64,000 bases of DNA from Octopus bimaculoides (lineage: Eukaryota). This document shows positions 48,456-60,759 of the stretch, in pieces (within the stretch, counting starts at the first letter, position 1; every line of letters starts with the position of its first letter). Under the pieces are notes generated by a model that saw only the letters and a list, made by a program, of their open reading frames with translations, made no database searches and was not told the DNA's origin. The stretch lies in the NCBI RefSeq assembly GCF_001194135.2, contig NC_068990.1, forward strand, positions 61,840,794 to 61,904,793. The letters run 5' to 3'. The position numbers and the translations under genes are program-made.

Positions 48456-49455
48456 ACATACATACATATGTCTGTATGCGTATACCCACACACTCACTTT
48501 AGAGTAACATGGATCACATATTTCTGATGCATGAGAAACTAGCTTTTGAAGGTGCAACAAAATTTAGCAGGTAAAATCTTGGAACAAGAAACAAAATTAC
48601 AAATATACATTCTTTTACTTTAAAGAGCAGCATCTTAGATCATGGTAAGCACTTTTAAGAATGTAGCTAAAGTTTTAATTTTATTAATACAACAATGAAA
48701 TGTTGAATATGTACATAAAAAATCATCTATATCCTGAGTGAATAATACAAATTTGGGATCTCTAAACCAATGCTGGCAGCAGGAATATTTAAAGGAAAAG
48801 AAAATTTTCCCACCTCAGTGCCAATTGTTTTATCTGAGATAAGATATAGAAGAATACACTGAAAATGAATCAAAAAGTTTTGGCAAATGTAGTTATAAAG
48901 ATTTTTCACTTAGATAAATGTTATCCAGATTTACATTATGATAAATATCTGAACAGATGAAGTTTTTGGCATTTAGGCTCAGGAAGTTGGTATCTAATCA
49001 CAGATGCTGCACTTTATCTTTGAGCAAGATACTTAACTCTAGCACTTGCTATCTCAATCCATGAAGCAGGAAATTATGTACAAAACAATCTGAAAATGGA
49101 TAGATTCTGCCAATTTATAAACACCCAAGAGATATTCTATTCAAATCTTGAAATGATAAAGGAAAAAAAAAATCAATTTGTAAATATAAACACAGAGAAG
49201 TGATTCTGTTTTGATGAGAAAGTGTCTGGTCCAGAGGCTCCATAAACAACGCTACGTGAAGTTTAGCTTGAGGTTGATCCATTCAGATCTTAACAGAAAG
49301 GCTAGAAGAATATGGAAATTTGTTGCAATGTCTGTGAAAAACTGACATGAAGAACTCAAACATATCACCCAACATATGTTTTTGAACACATTATTTTCTT
49401 TAAAGACTTAAATACTATCATTATAAACTTTTATCAACCAAAACTTTTTTCCCAT

Positions 49456-49459
<4 letters not shown>

Positions 49460-49489
<30 letters not shown>

Positions 49490-49935
49490 TGGTTTCAAAT
49501 TTTGGCACAAGGCCAGCAATTGTGTAGGAAAGTGCAAGTCTGACCTCAATGCTCAACTGGTACTTATTATTTTATCAACCCTGAAAGGATGAAAGGCAAA
49601 GTCAACCTCGGCAGCATTTGAACTCAGAATGTAAAGTCAGAAGAAATACCACTGAATACTTCTTCCAGCATAGTTACAATTCTACCAGCTTGCTGACTTA
49701 TTTTAGAATAATAACAATAGTAATGATTTCAAATTTTGGCACAATGCCAGCAATTTCTGGAGAGGGGGAAACTCAATTACATTAACCCTAGTGTTCAACT
49801 GGTACTTATGCTATCAATCTTGAAAGGATAAAAGGCAAAGTCAACCTTGGCGGAATTTGAACTCAGAATGTGTAGACGGACGAAATGCTGCTAAGCATTT
49901 TGCCTGGCTTGCAAATGATTCTGTCAGCTCACTGT
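49460..49935 (-). mobile_element. Two tandem SINE family B copies with (AAT)n
   Basis: tttcaaattttggcac... at about 49495 and 49727. Confidence 0.88.
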
Positions 49936-49963
49936 CTTCTTTTATTATGATGATGATAATAAC

Positions 49964-49998
<35 letters not shown>

Positions 49999-50524
49999 AA
50001 AAAGTTTACATGTTGGTTACCTTTCTTTTTAATTAGTTCTTGTCTATCCAGAGGGCTTCATAATACCAGATGAAATGAAGAATTTCTATAGTCGTAACAA
50101 GCTTTTACAAAAGATATTTCATAATAATACCGATGACATATTTTTGAATAGTGTAACAGGATTTAGCAGCTAAAATCTCAGAACAATAAACAAAATTGCA
50201 AATATACGTTTATTTTAGATGGTAAGAAATTGAATGGCTAGTGATAAATACCTCTGTCAATTGCCCCAGATATTATAGTTCAGTTTGGTGTTTGCCAATA
50301 CCATGAAGTTGTCTGTCAGCTTGACCAGGTTAAGTTGAGCATTTGTTTCATTGGTAACCTGCCCCTCAGCCAGCATAGTACATTAGCCAACGATGTACGC
50401 TTTTCACAATAGTTTTAGAACCTGAATAATAAAGGAAAAGTCATAAAATTAATTACAAAAACTGACATGTGTGAGAATGTGTGTGTGTGTGTGTGAGTGA
50501 GTGCCTTTAAAAGTAAAAATAAAG

Positions 50525-50860
50525 ACCCCCTTCAGTCATGAATGACCATGAGATTGCACCTAGAAAATTCCCCGCCAAGGCACAAGTCTGGGCAACGTTA
50601 TTTTTATGGAAGACCAGCAGTCACCCATGCATACCAGCCACCCCTCTCCATGACACTGATATTATCCAAGAGAAAGGCAAAGGCTGATACAGCTTGGCAC
50701 CAGTGATTTTGCCACCCAATTTCTACAGTTGAGTGAACTAGAGCAGCATGAAATAAAGTGTCTTGTTCAAGACCATAACACGCGCCCAGTCCGAGAATTG
50801 AACTCACTACCTCATGATTGTGAGCCCAGCACTCTAACCAGTGAGCTATATGCTTTTATG
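50525..50860 (-). mobile_element. SINE family D
   Basis: cagtcatgaatgaccatgagattgcacc...ctctaaccagtgagc. Confidence 0.88.
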
Positions 50861-51214
50861 TGGTCAGCTCTGTGTGTCTTTAGCATATATCAAAATACTG
50901 TTTTATATTGTGAAGAGCTTGCTCAGCCTTTTTTTACTGTTTTTGCCATTAGCACCATGATATTTACTTATCCATATGATACTGCTGTATGTAGCGAAGG
51001 ATGTACAATGTACCTTGCACTAGTTTCTTTCATAATGTACAGTATTTGATAGCACTTTTTCCATAAAGGAAAAAAGAAAAGTTTCAAAAGAATCACACCA
51101 GGCTCTATATGTGAAGTTGGACCTCCTGTAAGCTTCAATACACTAAAATCATTTTTTTCTGAACATGTACTGCTGAAGTTAGGGTGCATCTAAAATACCC
51201 ATAAATCTTTTCAT

Positions 51215-51455
51215 CATCATCGTTTAAGATGTTTTTCGTGCTGTCATGGGATGGATGGTTTGACCAGAGCTGGTATGACCGAGGGCCACACCAGGCACTA
51301 TTGCCTGTTCTGTTATGGTTTCTACAGCTAGATGCCCACAAAGTGTACTAGGTGCCCCTTTTGTGTGACACCAGCTTCAGTGCTTTTAACATTAGCACAA
51401 GCATGAGTGTTTTATATGTGGCACCAGTGCCAGTGCTTTTTATGTGGCACCAACA
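51215..51455 (-). mobile_element. SINE family F
   Basis: catcatcatcgtttaag...gtggcaccagtgccagtgctttttatgtggcacc. Confidence 0.7.
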
Positions 51456-53057
51456 CAGATCCATCAATACCAAATCTAAAAAATGTGAATAACAGCCAAC
51501 AAAAATTGTTTTTGGAGGAAGAGAAAGTTTAATGTTTGAATAATTGGCTCAAGTCGTCCACTTAACTCTGAAAACTTTCTACAGACTGAATTATATAAAC
51601 GAGTCTTTATTTTTTTCTAAGAACAAGCAGTGTCACTATTATTTTAGTGACTGATACAGAATATTTTATGCGGTAGATTTTGAACTATGTGTTTCGTAGC
51701 TTATCTACTTCTTATACTGTTCTATATGATATTTAAAACATAATGAAAAAATGTGCTCATAACCATACAGACACACAAAAAAAAAACAAAAAAAAAAAAA
51801 CACAGAATCAATTTTTAGAATTACTAACACTTTCCCTAGAGGATGTAATATAGGTTGAGAGTACGAGGAAGAGTGAGTTATAGCAAGTTTCATTTCTAAG
51901 TCAGTTAATCTGGTATATTATACAGCAGCTGTGAGAGTAACTACTCAAACAAGTACAAATGAGCTGATTATGGTACTGTTCAAGCAGTGAGCAAGTAGGA
52001 AGCCAAGCAGAAGTTAAATTTGACATCAAAATTGTAAAACTACAAAATAAGGAAGAAAAACATACAATGAAAATAGAATAAAAAAGAAAGAAAGAAAGAA
52101 GCATTAATCGCTGCCAATTGAAATCAAAATTACTGATTATAATTTCAGTTGAAAGTTTTCCACGATTGGTCTTCCTTTGCTGTACACATCTCTCAATCCA
52201 CTCTCTGCAAAGAGTTTTTCTTTTATGTCTTTTCTTGTGAGTTTCTTTTGATTGAATAAAAATTGTATCATAGCAAGAAATGAGAAGAAGAGAAGGAAAA
52301 AAAAAAAAACCCCAGTAATGATGGGCAGATAGATAACTGGATGAATGGCTGGCAGAAAAAGCTAGTTGTTCATGAGAATTTTTGAGTGGTAATTAATCTT
52401 GGTACAGTTTGTGTATAGAACTAATACTATTGAACAAGATTGCATGTAACATAATTTAAAAAAGTAATAAAAAAAAAAAAGAAGAAGAAAGCAGATTAAA
52501 TTTTATTGGAGGAGAAATATTTTCTGAAAATGTCTTAAACTCATTAGTGAAAAAAAAGACAAAGAAGAAGAAAAAAAAGATGTAGAAATTGTTGGGAGGA
52601 AAGAAAAGCCAAGATAAGAGAATAGACAGTAGAACATCTTGGAAGTGTCATAGTGAAAGTGTAATTGTTTTCACCAGCTAGGAAATTGAGTTCACTTTAA
52701 CTGCTGGAGTTTTTGACACAGCTGACTGACATCAATGTCACAGAGAAAGAAAGAACCTTCAGCATAAGTGTAAATCAAGGGAAATGATATTAGATCAATA
52801 AAAAAAAAAGTAAATGAAATATAAAAAATAAAAGGGGGCAAGTTATTTACATGCATTATCCTCTCGACCCTTGAAATCTATTTCCATATTTATCTCAGTT
52901 TATTTGGCAAATAAAAATGTTAGCCATCACTGAATAATAATAAGCAATATTCTGGTAAAACATTTAATAAAGAACAGATAAAAAAAAAAAACCCAAAAAG
53001 CTACTATTCCCAAACCAGACTATGATGATGATGATGATAATAATAATAATAATAATA

Positions 53058-53218
53058 ACGCGCTGTTTATCTTAATATGAGATCACCACGTCGTGCACAT
53101 GTGGTTGCGATGCATGTGCCTGGTGTACCCTTATTAGAACAATAGCCATGATGGGTATTCTGGGCTTCGTATATTTTACCCTGGTGTCACTTTGATTGCA
53201 TGCGCTGCTCTCTCACTC

Positions 53219-53220
<2 letters not shown>
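53058..53220 (+). mobile_element. Short CpG-rich insert between two (TAA)n arrays; possible 3' end of a microsatellite-targeting non-LTR element
   Basis: (AAT)n - cgcgctgtttatc...ctctctcactc - (AAT)n. Confidence 0.55.
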
Positions 53221-53249
<29 letters not shown>

Positions 53250-53252
<3 letters not shown>

Positions 53253-53670
53253 CCAGTAATTTCCGGGGAGTGAGTAAGTTGATTAGATTGGCCCCAGTGC
53301 TCAACTGGTACTTATTTTATTGACACCTAAAGGGATCAAAGGCTCAGTTGACATCAATGGAATTTGAACTTAGAATGTAAGGACAAACAAAATGCTGCTA
53401 AGCATTTTGCATGGCGTGCTAACAATTCTGCCAGCTCACCATCTTAATAATGATAAAAATCCATTTTACTAAAGGCACAAGGCCTGAAATTTGGGGGAAA
53501 GGGACTAGTTGATTACATCAATCCCAGTATTTCACTGGTACTTAATTTATCAACCACAAAAAGGATGAGAAGGCAAAGTCAACCTTAGCAGAATTCGAAC
53601 TCAGAACGTGCAGATGGACAAAATGCTGCTAAGCATTTTGCCTGGCATGCTAACAATTCTACCAGCTCAC
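53250..53670 (-). mobile_element. Two tandem SINE family B copies
   Basis: Both end with aacaattct(g/a)ccagctcacc. Confidence 0.88.
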
Positions 53671-54324
53671 CTCTTTAATAGTAATAATAATGATGATGAT
53701 GATGATGATGAAAATAATAAGTACTAAAAAATGTGGGCAATGAAAAAGTAACTGTCTCCCTAGTAGTTGTTGAGGTACTGCAATCATTAACAACCAGATT
53801 TGAGAAATTTTAATGGAGAAATTGGAGGAGAGATGAAAAGCATGATAATACAAAAGTATAAATCTATACTCATTCTTTAATGGACATACAATAAAATAGC
53901 CAAGAGCAGAAAAATACCACACTGGACAACATGTGATATCACGTTGCTACATATAAGATATCAAGGTATCACAATAGAATGTATGAAACTTAATGGTACC
54001 AAAGAGTTTATGATATGACACGAAGGTACACACTGAAATGTGCGAAATATGTGATACCACAATTTAATATATATGACATGAAAGCACAGTGGGAATATAT
54101 ATGAGACATGAAGATATCATGAAGATATCATGAAATATAGAAGCTATGATGGTGTCACACTGAATTTACATTGGCAGTAATGACAAAAATGGTGAAGAGG
54201 CAGTACAAGTTGATGGAAGGTAAGATATTCAAAGTTCTTTGCAAGTTCTTTACAATATGTAAAAAACATCAAGGTACCAGATTGAAATACACAAGGCATG
54301 TGAGGTATGATATTTATATATATA

Positions 54325-54402
54325 NNNNNNNNNNNNNNNNNNNNNNNNNNNNNNNNNNNNNNNNNNNNNNNNNNNNNNNNNNNNNNNNNNNNNNNNNNNN
54401 NN
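54325..54402. other. Assembly gap in (TA)n
   Basis: N-run. Confidence 1.
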
Positions 54403-54623
54403 ATATATATATATATATATATATAAGATCCCAGGATCAAGGCGTAGGAAGAAAGTTAGCTTCAAGCAATCTGTAGTAAATATAAAAAAACAACTTTCAT
54501 GGACAATATTGGTTTACTGAGATGGAAGGTCGTGGATGTTTTTGTATTGAAGTACAATAAACTTCTTATAAATTACATGGTAGGTAACCAGGGTTGCCTG
54601 GTATGTGAATAAGACTACAAGAG

Positions 54624-54886
54624 TTAAGAAATGGAGTAGATAAGATCTGGGCTACATATGTTTCACTTCCGAGAGGAACCTCAGAAGTGATAAATATTCA
54701 AGTGAGGTGTATACTGCAGGCTACTTGTTAGGCCAAGGGTATCTTGAGTGAATGAAAGTTTACATTGTCGCAAGTAGGTACATGTTAACATATGTACCGA
54801 ACACCTTGCTCGGATATTTACCACTTCCAAGGTTTCGCTCACTCTGAAACATATGTAGCCTGGATCTTATCTACTCCATTCCTTAA
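54624..54886. mobile_element. Foldback MITE with TTAA flanks and purine-start termini (Kolobok-like)
   Basis: TTAAgaaatggagtagataagatc ... gatcttatctactccattccTTAA; arms about 100 bp. Confidence 0.75.
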
Positions 54887-54905
54887 TGTTTGTATTTATT
54901 TATTC

Positions 54906-54936
<31 letters not shown>

Positions 54937-55676
54937 TCTTTTTAGCAGCAAGGAATAGGAAGTGAATATCTAAATTATCTCTGTTTAATAAATAAAGAAA
55001 ATAACAAGTTTCTTTTTCTTTCTTTTTTTTTTTTTCTATTGAAAATGTTGTTGATGCCGATATTGTAGCAGGCTATAAATACAAATGGCAAACAAACTAA
55101 GTCAAAAAGGAGCAAAGATTAAGATAACATTCTTAAAGACACAATGGTTTCACTTTGATCATAAATAAATAAATAATCTCTTGAAATGCTATAACATATC
55201 TCAATCATTGTGTTGCAACAATGATGTTTAAAGTAACAATAATCTGTAACAATATCTTAGCATTCTGGCCTACATTTTGCCAGTTTTCAGAAGAAAATTG
55301 CCAGAAAGATTTATAGAAAATAGTTATTGTATGGATACATTAAATATTACACCAATCTTACAACTCTGTAGAAGTATTCATTGCTGCCTAAAAACTTTTG
55401 CTAAAACCTCAATAAATAGATGGCATATCATGTCAATAATTCTATAAACTAACATGTATATACACATGCACACACATCACACACACTCAAATGTTTTCTC
55501 AAAACCACTGACTTTAAAATCACTTAAGTTATTGAAGATTTCTTATTTGATGGGAAAGTTTGTTTATTTCCTTTTTCCTTACCCCTCCCCCATCACCACC
55601 ACCACCACCACATTTCCTACAAAACATATTTGAATAGAATTGAAATTTAAAAACTTACAAAAAAAAAAAAAAAAAA

Positions 55677-56040
55677 NNNNNNNNNNNNNNNNNNNNNNNN
55701 NNNNNNNNNNNNNNNNNNNNNNNNNNNNNNNNNNNNNNNNNNNNNNNNNNNNNNNNNNNNNNNNNNNNNNNNNNNNNNNNNNNNNNNNNNNNNNNNNNNN
55801 NNNNNNNNNNNNNNNNNNNNNNNNNNNNNNNNNNNNNNNNNNNNNNNNNNNNNNNNNNNNNNNNNNNNNNNNNNNNNNNNNNNNNNNNNNNNNNNNNNNN
55901 NNNNNNNNNNNNNNNNNNNNNNNNNNNNNNNNNNNNNNNNNNNNNNNNNNNNNNNNNNNNNNNNNNNNNNNNNNNNNNNNNNNNNNNNNNNNNNNNNNNN
56001 NNNNNNNNNNNNNNNNNNNNNNNNNNNNNNNNNNNNNNNN
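55677..56040. other. Assembly gap
   Basis: N-run. Confidence 1.
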
Positions 56041-56044
56041 TATA

Positions 56045-56076
<32 letters not shown>

Positions 56077-56079
56077 ATA

Positions 56080-56165
56080 AATACTGGGGCCGATTCAATC
56101 AACAAAAGTTTTTCAAGGTGGTACCCCAACATAGCCACAGGCTAATGGCTCAAACAAGATAAAAG
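56080..56165 (+). mobile_element. SINE family A, 3' tail
   Basis: tactggggccgattc...caaggtggtaccccaacatagcc. Confidence 0.72.
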
Positions 56166-56204
56166 ATATATGTACTCGTGTGTGTATATATATATATATA
56201 AACT

Positions 56205-56450
56205 CAACTCCGTCAGTCATGAATGACCATGGGTGCACCTAAGAGGTTCTCCTCCGGGGTACAAATCTGGGCAGAACGTCACCTCACCGGTGAACACACA
56301 ACTCAGGGTCGTTTTTATGGAAGATCAGCAGTTGCCCATGCATACCAGCCTCCCCTCTCCACACCACTGATGTTATCCAAGTGAAAGGCAAAGGCCGATA
56401 CAGCTTGGCGCCAGTGATGTCGCAACTCATTTCTACAGCTGAGTGAACTT
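56205..56450 (-). mobile_element. SINE family D body, head missing
   Basis: actccgtcagtcatgaatgacc...ctacagctgagtgaact. Confidence 0.85.
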
Positions 56451-56685
56451 GGGATCATGGTTTCAATTCCTAGACCAGGTGGTTTGCTGTGTTCTTGTAC
56501 AAAACACTTCATCTCACGATGCTCTGCAAAGAACTTTGACACCTGATATATGGTACACTGTACACCTGTTCAGGCAACGTCGATTTGATGGAGAGAGTGA
56601 CCTAATGTGCAGCATATACATTTGAGCATTATAAATGAATGATTTGTGCAGGTTGTCTGGTGAAAGCTGAACACTCATACGGCAG
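56450..56685 (+). mobile_element. SINE family E (tRNA-like head, different body)
   Basis: catggtttcaattcctagacc...gtgttcttgtacaaaacac head followed by a distinct body. Confidence 0.55.
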
Positions 56686-56938
56686 GAGAATCCATTATAT
56701 AATTATTAGTGTTCAGCAGAATTTAGAGAGAGATTCAAGTGCCAATGCATAAAAATTTCAGCCCTTGAGTCACTCTGTAACTTTTGTTGACTATTAATAA
56801 TAAATATAGATGTTTTTGATCTATTTTGGATTCTTTGCCACCAAATTTGAATCCAAACAAGATCAAAAACATCATATTTTGAGACCTATTCTCCTGGTAA
56901 CATCACCTACCCACCTACCTACATATATATACATGTCT

Positions 56939-57076
56939 NNNNNNNNNNNNNNNNNNNNNNNNNNNNNNNNNNNNNNNNNNNNNNNNNNNNNNNNNNNNNN
57001 NNNNNNNNNNNNNNNNNNNNNNNNNNNNNNNNNNNNNNNNNNNNNNNNNNNNNNNNNNNNNNNNNNNNNNNNNNNN
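56939..57076. other. Assembly gap
   Basis: N-run. Confidence 1.
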
Positions 57077-57648
57077 TTGTATGCTTAATTGTAAAAGTCT
57101 TCATACCTGTAGGGAGTTATGTTCTGTGAATATTAGCAAAAATTATTTACAGAATATATTTTACAGTATTCTCTGATTTTTGACTTCTGAAAAGGCAAAA
57201 GAATTGTAAGACTGATAGAGGTTAAAACTCTTTTGTTAATATGAATGACAGGCATTTTTATTTTTATTTTATTGTTTTTAGTTTACTTTTGGCTAATATT
57301 TAAAATGTTCACTTCCTGAAGTTTTATGATGAGCATAATCTAGATCACTGACATATATTATATATACAAGGCTACCAACAAGACAATCGTTTTTCAAGAG
57401 CCAATAACACTGCACAGTGAAATAAATTAGTTTCAAAGTTATTTTGTTCATCTGAATATATCAGATGTCATACAGTTGGAGGAGACATATAAATATACAT
57501 ACTTTTAAAATCAAACATCTTAGAGCTAATCAGGGCAGTTAAAAGTCTTCTAGTTTCTCTTGATCTATGAACAAACAAAGAAATTACTGCTACTTGTTTT
57601 AGCAGTTCACTACAGAAGGAACAATGACAAATGGTTTCTTTATTACAG

Positions 57649-57688
<40 letters not shown>

Positions 57689-58153
57689 CAGAAGCTGATT
57701 AAATAAATAAAAACTAAAATTACTTACGGAGAAAATATGGAGATGAATAAAGAATTGGAACGTTTAGTTATGATTAATTAAGGCATCATCTGTATTTTTA
57801 ATGTTCATCTTGAATAGGTCAACAGAAGGATATTCCTGATATGCACGTCTCATAAAGGGTTTATATTGTGGACAAATGTCAATCACAATGACAATATCCA
57901 TTTATCTGGCAAAATATCATGTAAATAAAAGCCCCCGATAATAGCAATATATTGCTCTTATTTATTTATTTATTTATTGTACACAACATCTTACTTCCAA
58001 GCAAGGTGATGGATATCACTTATGATGTGCAATGGATTAATACAGATGAATACTAAGACTGAGATGGAAGTATATTTCCATCCTATGTAGGTACACACTG
58101 GACAGGTCATGGCCAGTAAAAGCCTTTGGTATTTCTTGGTTGGCAACATTTCT

Positions 58154-58195
<42 letters not shown>

Positions 58196-58199
<4 letters not shown>

Positions 58200-58444
58200 G
58201 AAATGGAAAAACTTTCAAAATACAAAGACCTGGAAATAGAGGTAACTCGAATGTGGAATCTAAAAACAGAAACAATTCCTATCATAGTAGGTGCCTTAGG
58301 TATAATAAAAAAATATTCAGACAAATACATAACAAAAACACCTGGACTTACAAATATATATAAAATACAGAAAATTGCACTACTGGGCACTGCACACATC
58401 CTACGCAAAACACTTTCAATACAGTAACCATAAGAGCATCACAG
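58196..58444 (+). mobile_element. R4/Dong-like LINE, restriction-like endonuclease C-terminus, 5'-truncated, next to (TAA)n
   Basis: KEMEKLSKYKDLEIEVTRMWNLKTETIPIIVGALG...IQKIALLGTAHILRKTLS matches the KE.EK..KY.DL..E....W......P.V.GALG...QK..LLGTA.ILR pattern; uninterrupted frame to the stop at 58427. Confidence 0.88.
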
Positions 58445-59054
58445 NNNNNNNNNNNNNNNNNNNNNNNNNNNNNNNNNNNNNNNNNNNNNNNNNNNNNNNN
58501 NNNNNNNNNNNNNNNNNNNNNNNNNNNNNNNNNNNNNNNNNNNNNNNNNNNNNNNNNNNNNNNNNNNNNNNNNNNNNNNNNNNNNNNNNNNNNNNNNNNN
58601 NNNNNNNNNNNNNNNNNNNNNNNNNNNNNNNNNNNNNNNNNNNNNNNNNNNNNNNNNNNNNNNNNNNNNNNNNNNNNNNNNNNNNNNNNNNNNNNNNNNN
58701 NNNNNNNNNNNNNNNNNNNNNNNNNNNNNNNNNNNNNNNNNNNNNNNNNNNNNNNNNNNNNNNNNNNNNNNNNNNNNNNNNNNNNNNNNNNNNNNNNNNN
58801 NNNNNNNNNNNNNNNNNNNNNNNNNNNNNNNNNNNNNNNNNNNNNNNNNNNNNNNNNNNNNNNNNNNNNNNNNNNNNNNNNNNNNNNNNNNNNNNNNNNN
58901 NNNNNNNNNNNNNNNNNNNNNNNNNNNNNNNNNNNNNNNNNNNNNNNNNNNNNNNNNNNNNNNNNNNNNNNNNNNNNNNNNNNNNNNNNNNNNNNNNNNN
59001 NNNNNNNNNNNNNNNNNNNNNNNNNNNNNNNNNNNNNNNNNNNNNNNNNNNNNN
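58445..59054. other. Assembly gap
   Basis: N-run. Confidence 1.
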
Positions 59055-59055
59055 T

Positions 59056-59130
59056 TGAACTCAGAGCATTGCAGCAGATGGAATACCACTAAGCATTTCG
59101 CCCAGCATGCTAATGATTCTGCCAGCTCAT
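59056..59130 (-). mobile_element. SINE family B head, cut by a gap
   Basis: gaactcagagc...atgattctgccagctc. Confidence 0.8.
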
Positions 59131-59232
59131 AATTATCTGAGTGAATCTCATTATTTATATCACACTGTAAACAAAAAAAAAAAAAATGATATTCATTCAA
59201 ATAAGTATATTATTATCGTCATTATTATTATT

Positions 59233-60060
59233 ATTATAGTAAAGAATCTCATTTTCTATATCACAAAGTTTAAGGTGGCAAGTTGGAAGAATTGTTAGCA
59301 CACTGGAGGGAATGCTTCATGGTATTTCACCTATTGCTATGCTCTGAGTTCAAATTCTGCCAAGCTCAACTTTACCTTTCATCCTTTAAGGGTCGATAAA
59401 ATAAGTACTAGCTGAATACTGGTGTCGGTGTAAATGACTCCTCTCCTCCCCCAAAACTACTGCCCTTGTGGCAAAATTTGAAACCGTCATCATCATCATC
59501 ATCATTATCATTATTATTATTATAGTAAGGAATCTCATTTTCTGTATCACAAAGTTTAAGGGAGCAAGCTGGCAGAATTGTTAGTAGGCTGGGTAAAATG
59601 CTTAGCAGTATTTTGTCAGTCTTTACTTCGTGAGTTCAAATGCTGTTGGGGTTGACATTGCCTTTCATCCTTCTGGGGTTCATAAAATAAGTACCAGCTG
59701 AGTAGTCCGACAATGTAATTGACTTAACCCCCTTCCTCGAGATTTCAGGCCTATAGTAGAAATGATTATTATTATTATTATTATTATTATTATAGTAAGG
59801 AATCTCATTATTTATATAACAAAGTTTAAGGCAGTGAGCTGGCAGAATCATTAGCATGCTGGGAAAAATACTTAGTAGCGTTTCATGTCTCTACGTTCTG
59901 AGTTCAAATTCCACCAAAGTCATCTTGCTTTTCATCTTTGTAGGGTCACTAAAATAAGTACCAGTTAAGCACTGGTGTTGATGTAACTGACTAGCCCCAT
60001 CCTCCAGAATTTCAAGTGTTGTGCCTATAGCAGCAAAGATTTTTTATATCACAAAGTAAA
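59233..60060 (+). mobile_element. Array of three SINE family B copies, each preceded by the same 44-bp spacer
   Basis: Spacers at 59233, 59518 and 59788; SINEs at about 59272, 59560 and 59828. Confidence 0.88.
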
Positions 60061-60263
60061 TGTACTGCTGCTCTTTTGTTTGTATCTGTAAACATTTTTA
60101 TCTCTAATGATGAGATTAAAAGCCACTAAAGTTATCATCTTATTAGCAAGAATTAAGTTTTCCTTTCCTAAGGATCCAGATTACACATATGATAACCAAT
60201 GGAAAGTAGTCATCATTAGAAGTCGAATCAAACAGAAAACTGAATAGCTTGGATAATTAAATG

Positions 60264-60303
<40 letters not shown>

Positions 60304-60759
60304 AAAGAAAATATAATTTTCAAAAATCAACAGGTTGACAATATCTTTAAACTTCATTGCAGCTCTGTGCTGAAAAGTAGTGGAATTAATAGAGTAACGA
60401 TAATAGTAAATCAGCGAGGTTAATTACACAGAGGGACCATCTACATGAAAAACAATTTATTTTCATGTAGTGAGCAATATTAACATGTAATATTTAATGC
60501 ATTTAATTAATAATGCAATATTTAATTAGTGATTATTAAAATTCTAATAACAAATAATTATGTGTTGAGGGGAAAAAGCCTCATCAGTTCAATCTCTCAT
60601 ATATCATTTTTAATCATTTCATGATAAGCTAACTTAACTAATTGTTTTTCAGGCAGATGACATCTCTGAGAGGTGATATTAGAAATCATTACAATTCTAA
60701 ACATGCTGTTTTTTACACCTGGTCATGTATAATATTAGACAACTAAGTGAGCTTTTATC

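Noticed and set aside
59233-60060. CRISPR-like repeat-spacer appearance
   Set aside because: The intervening units are homologous SINEs of about 220 bp in a eukaryotic genome, and no cas genes are present.
60441-60470. Perfect 11-bp hairpin ctacatgaaaa/ttttcatgtag
   Set aside because: A rough estimate suggests one or two such hairpins by chance in 64 kb of AT-rich DNA.
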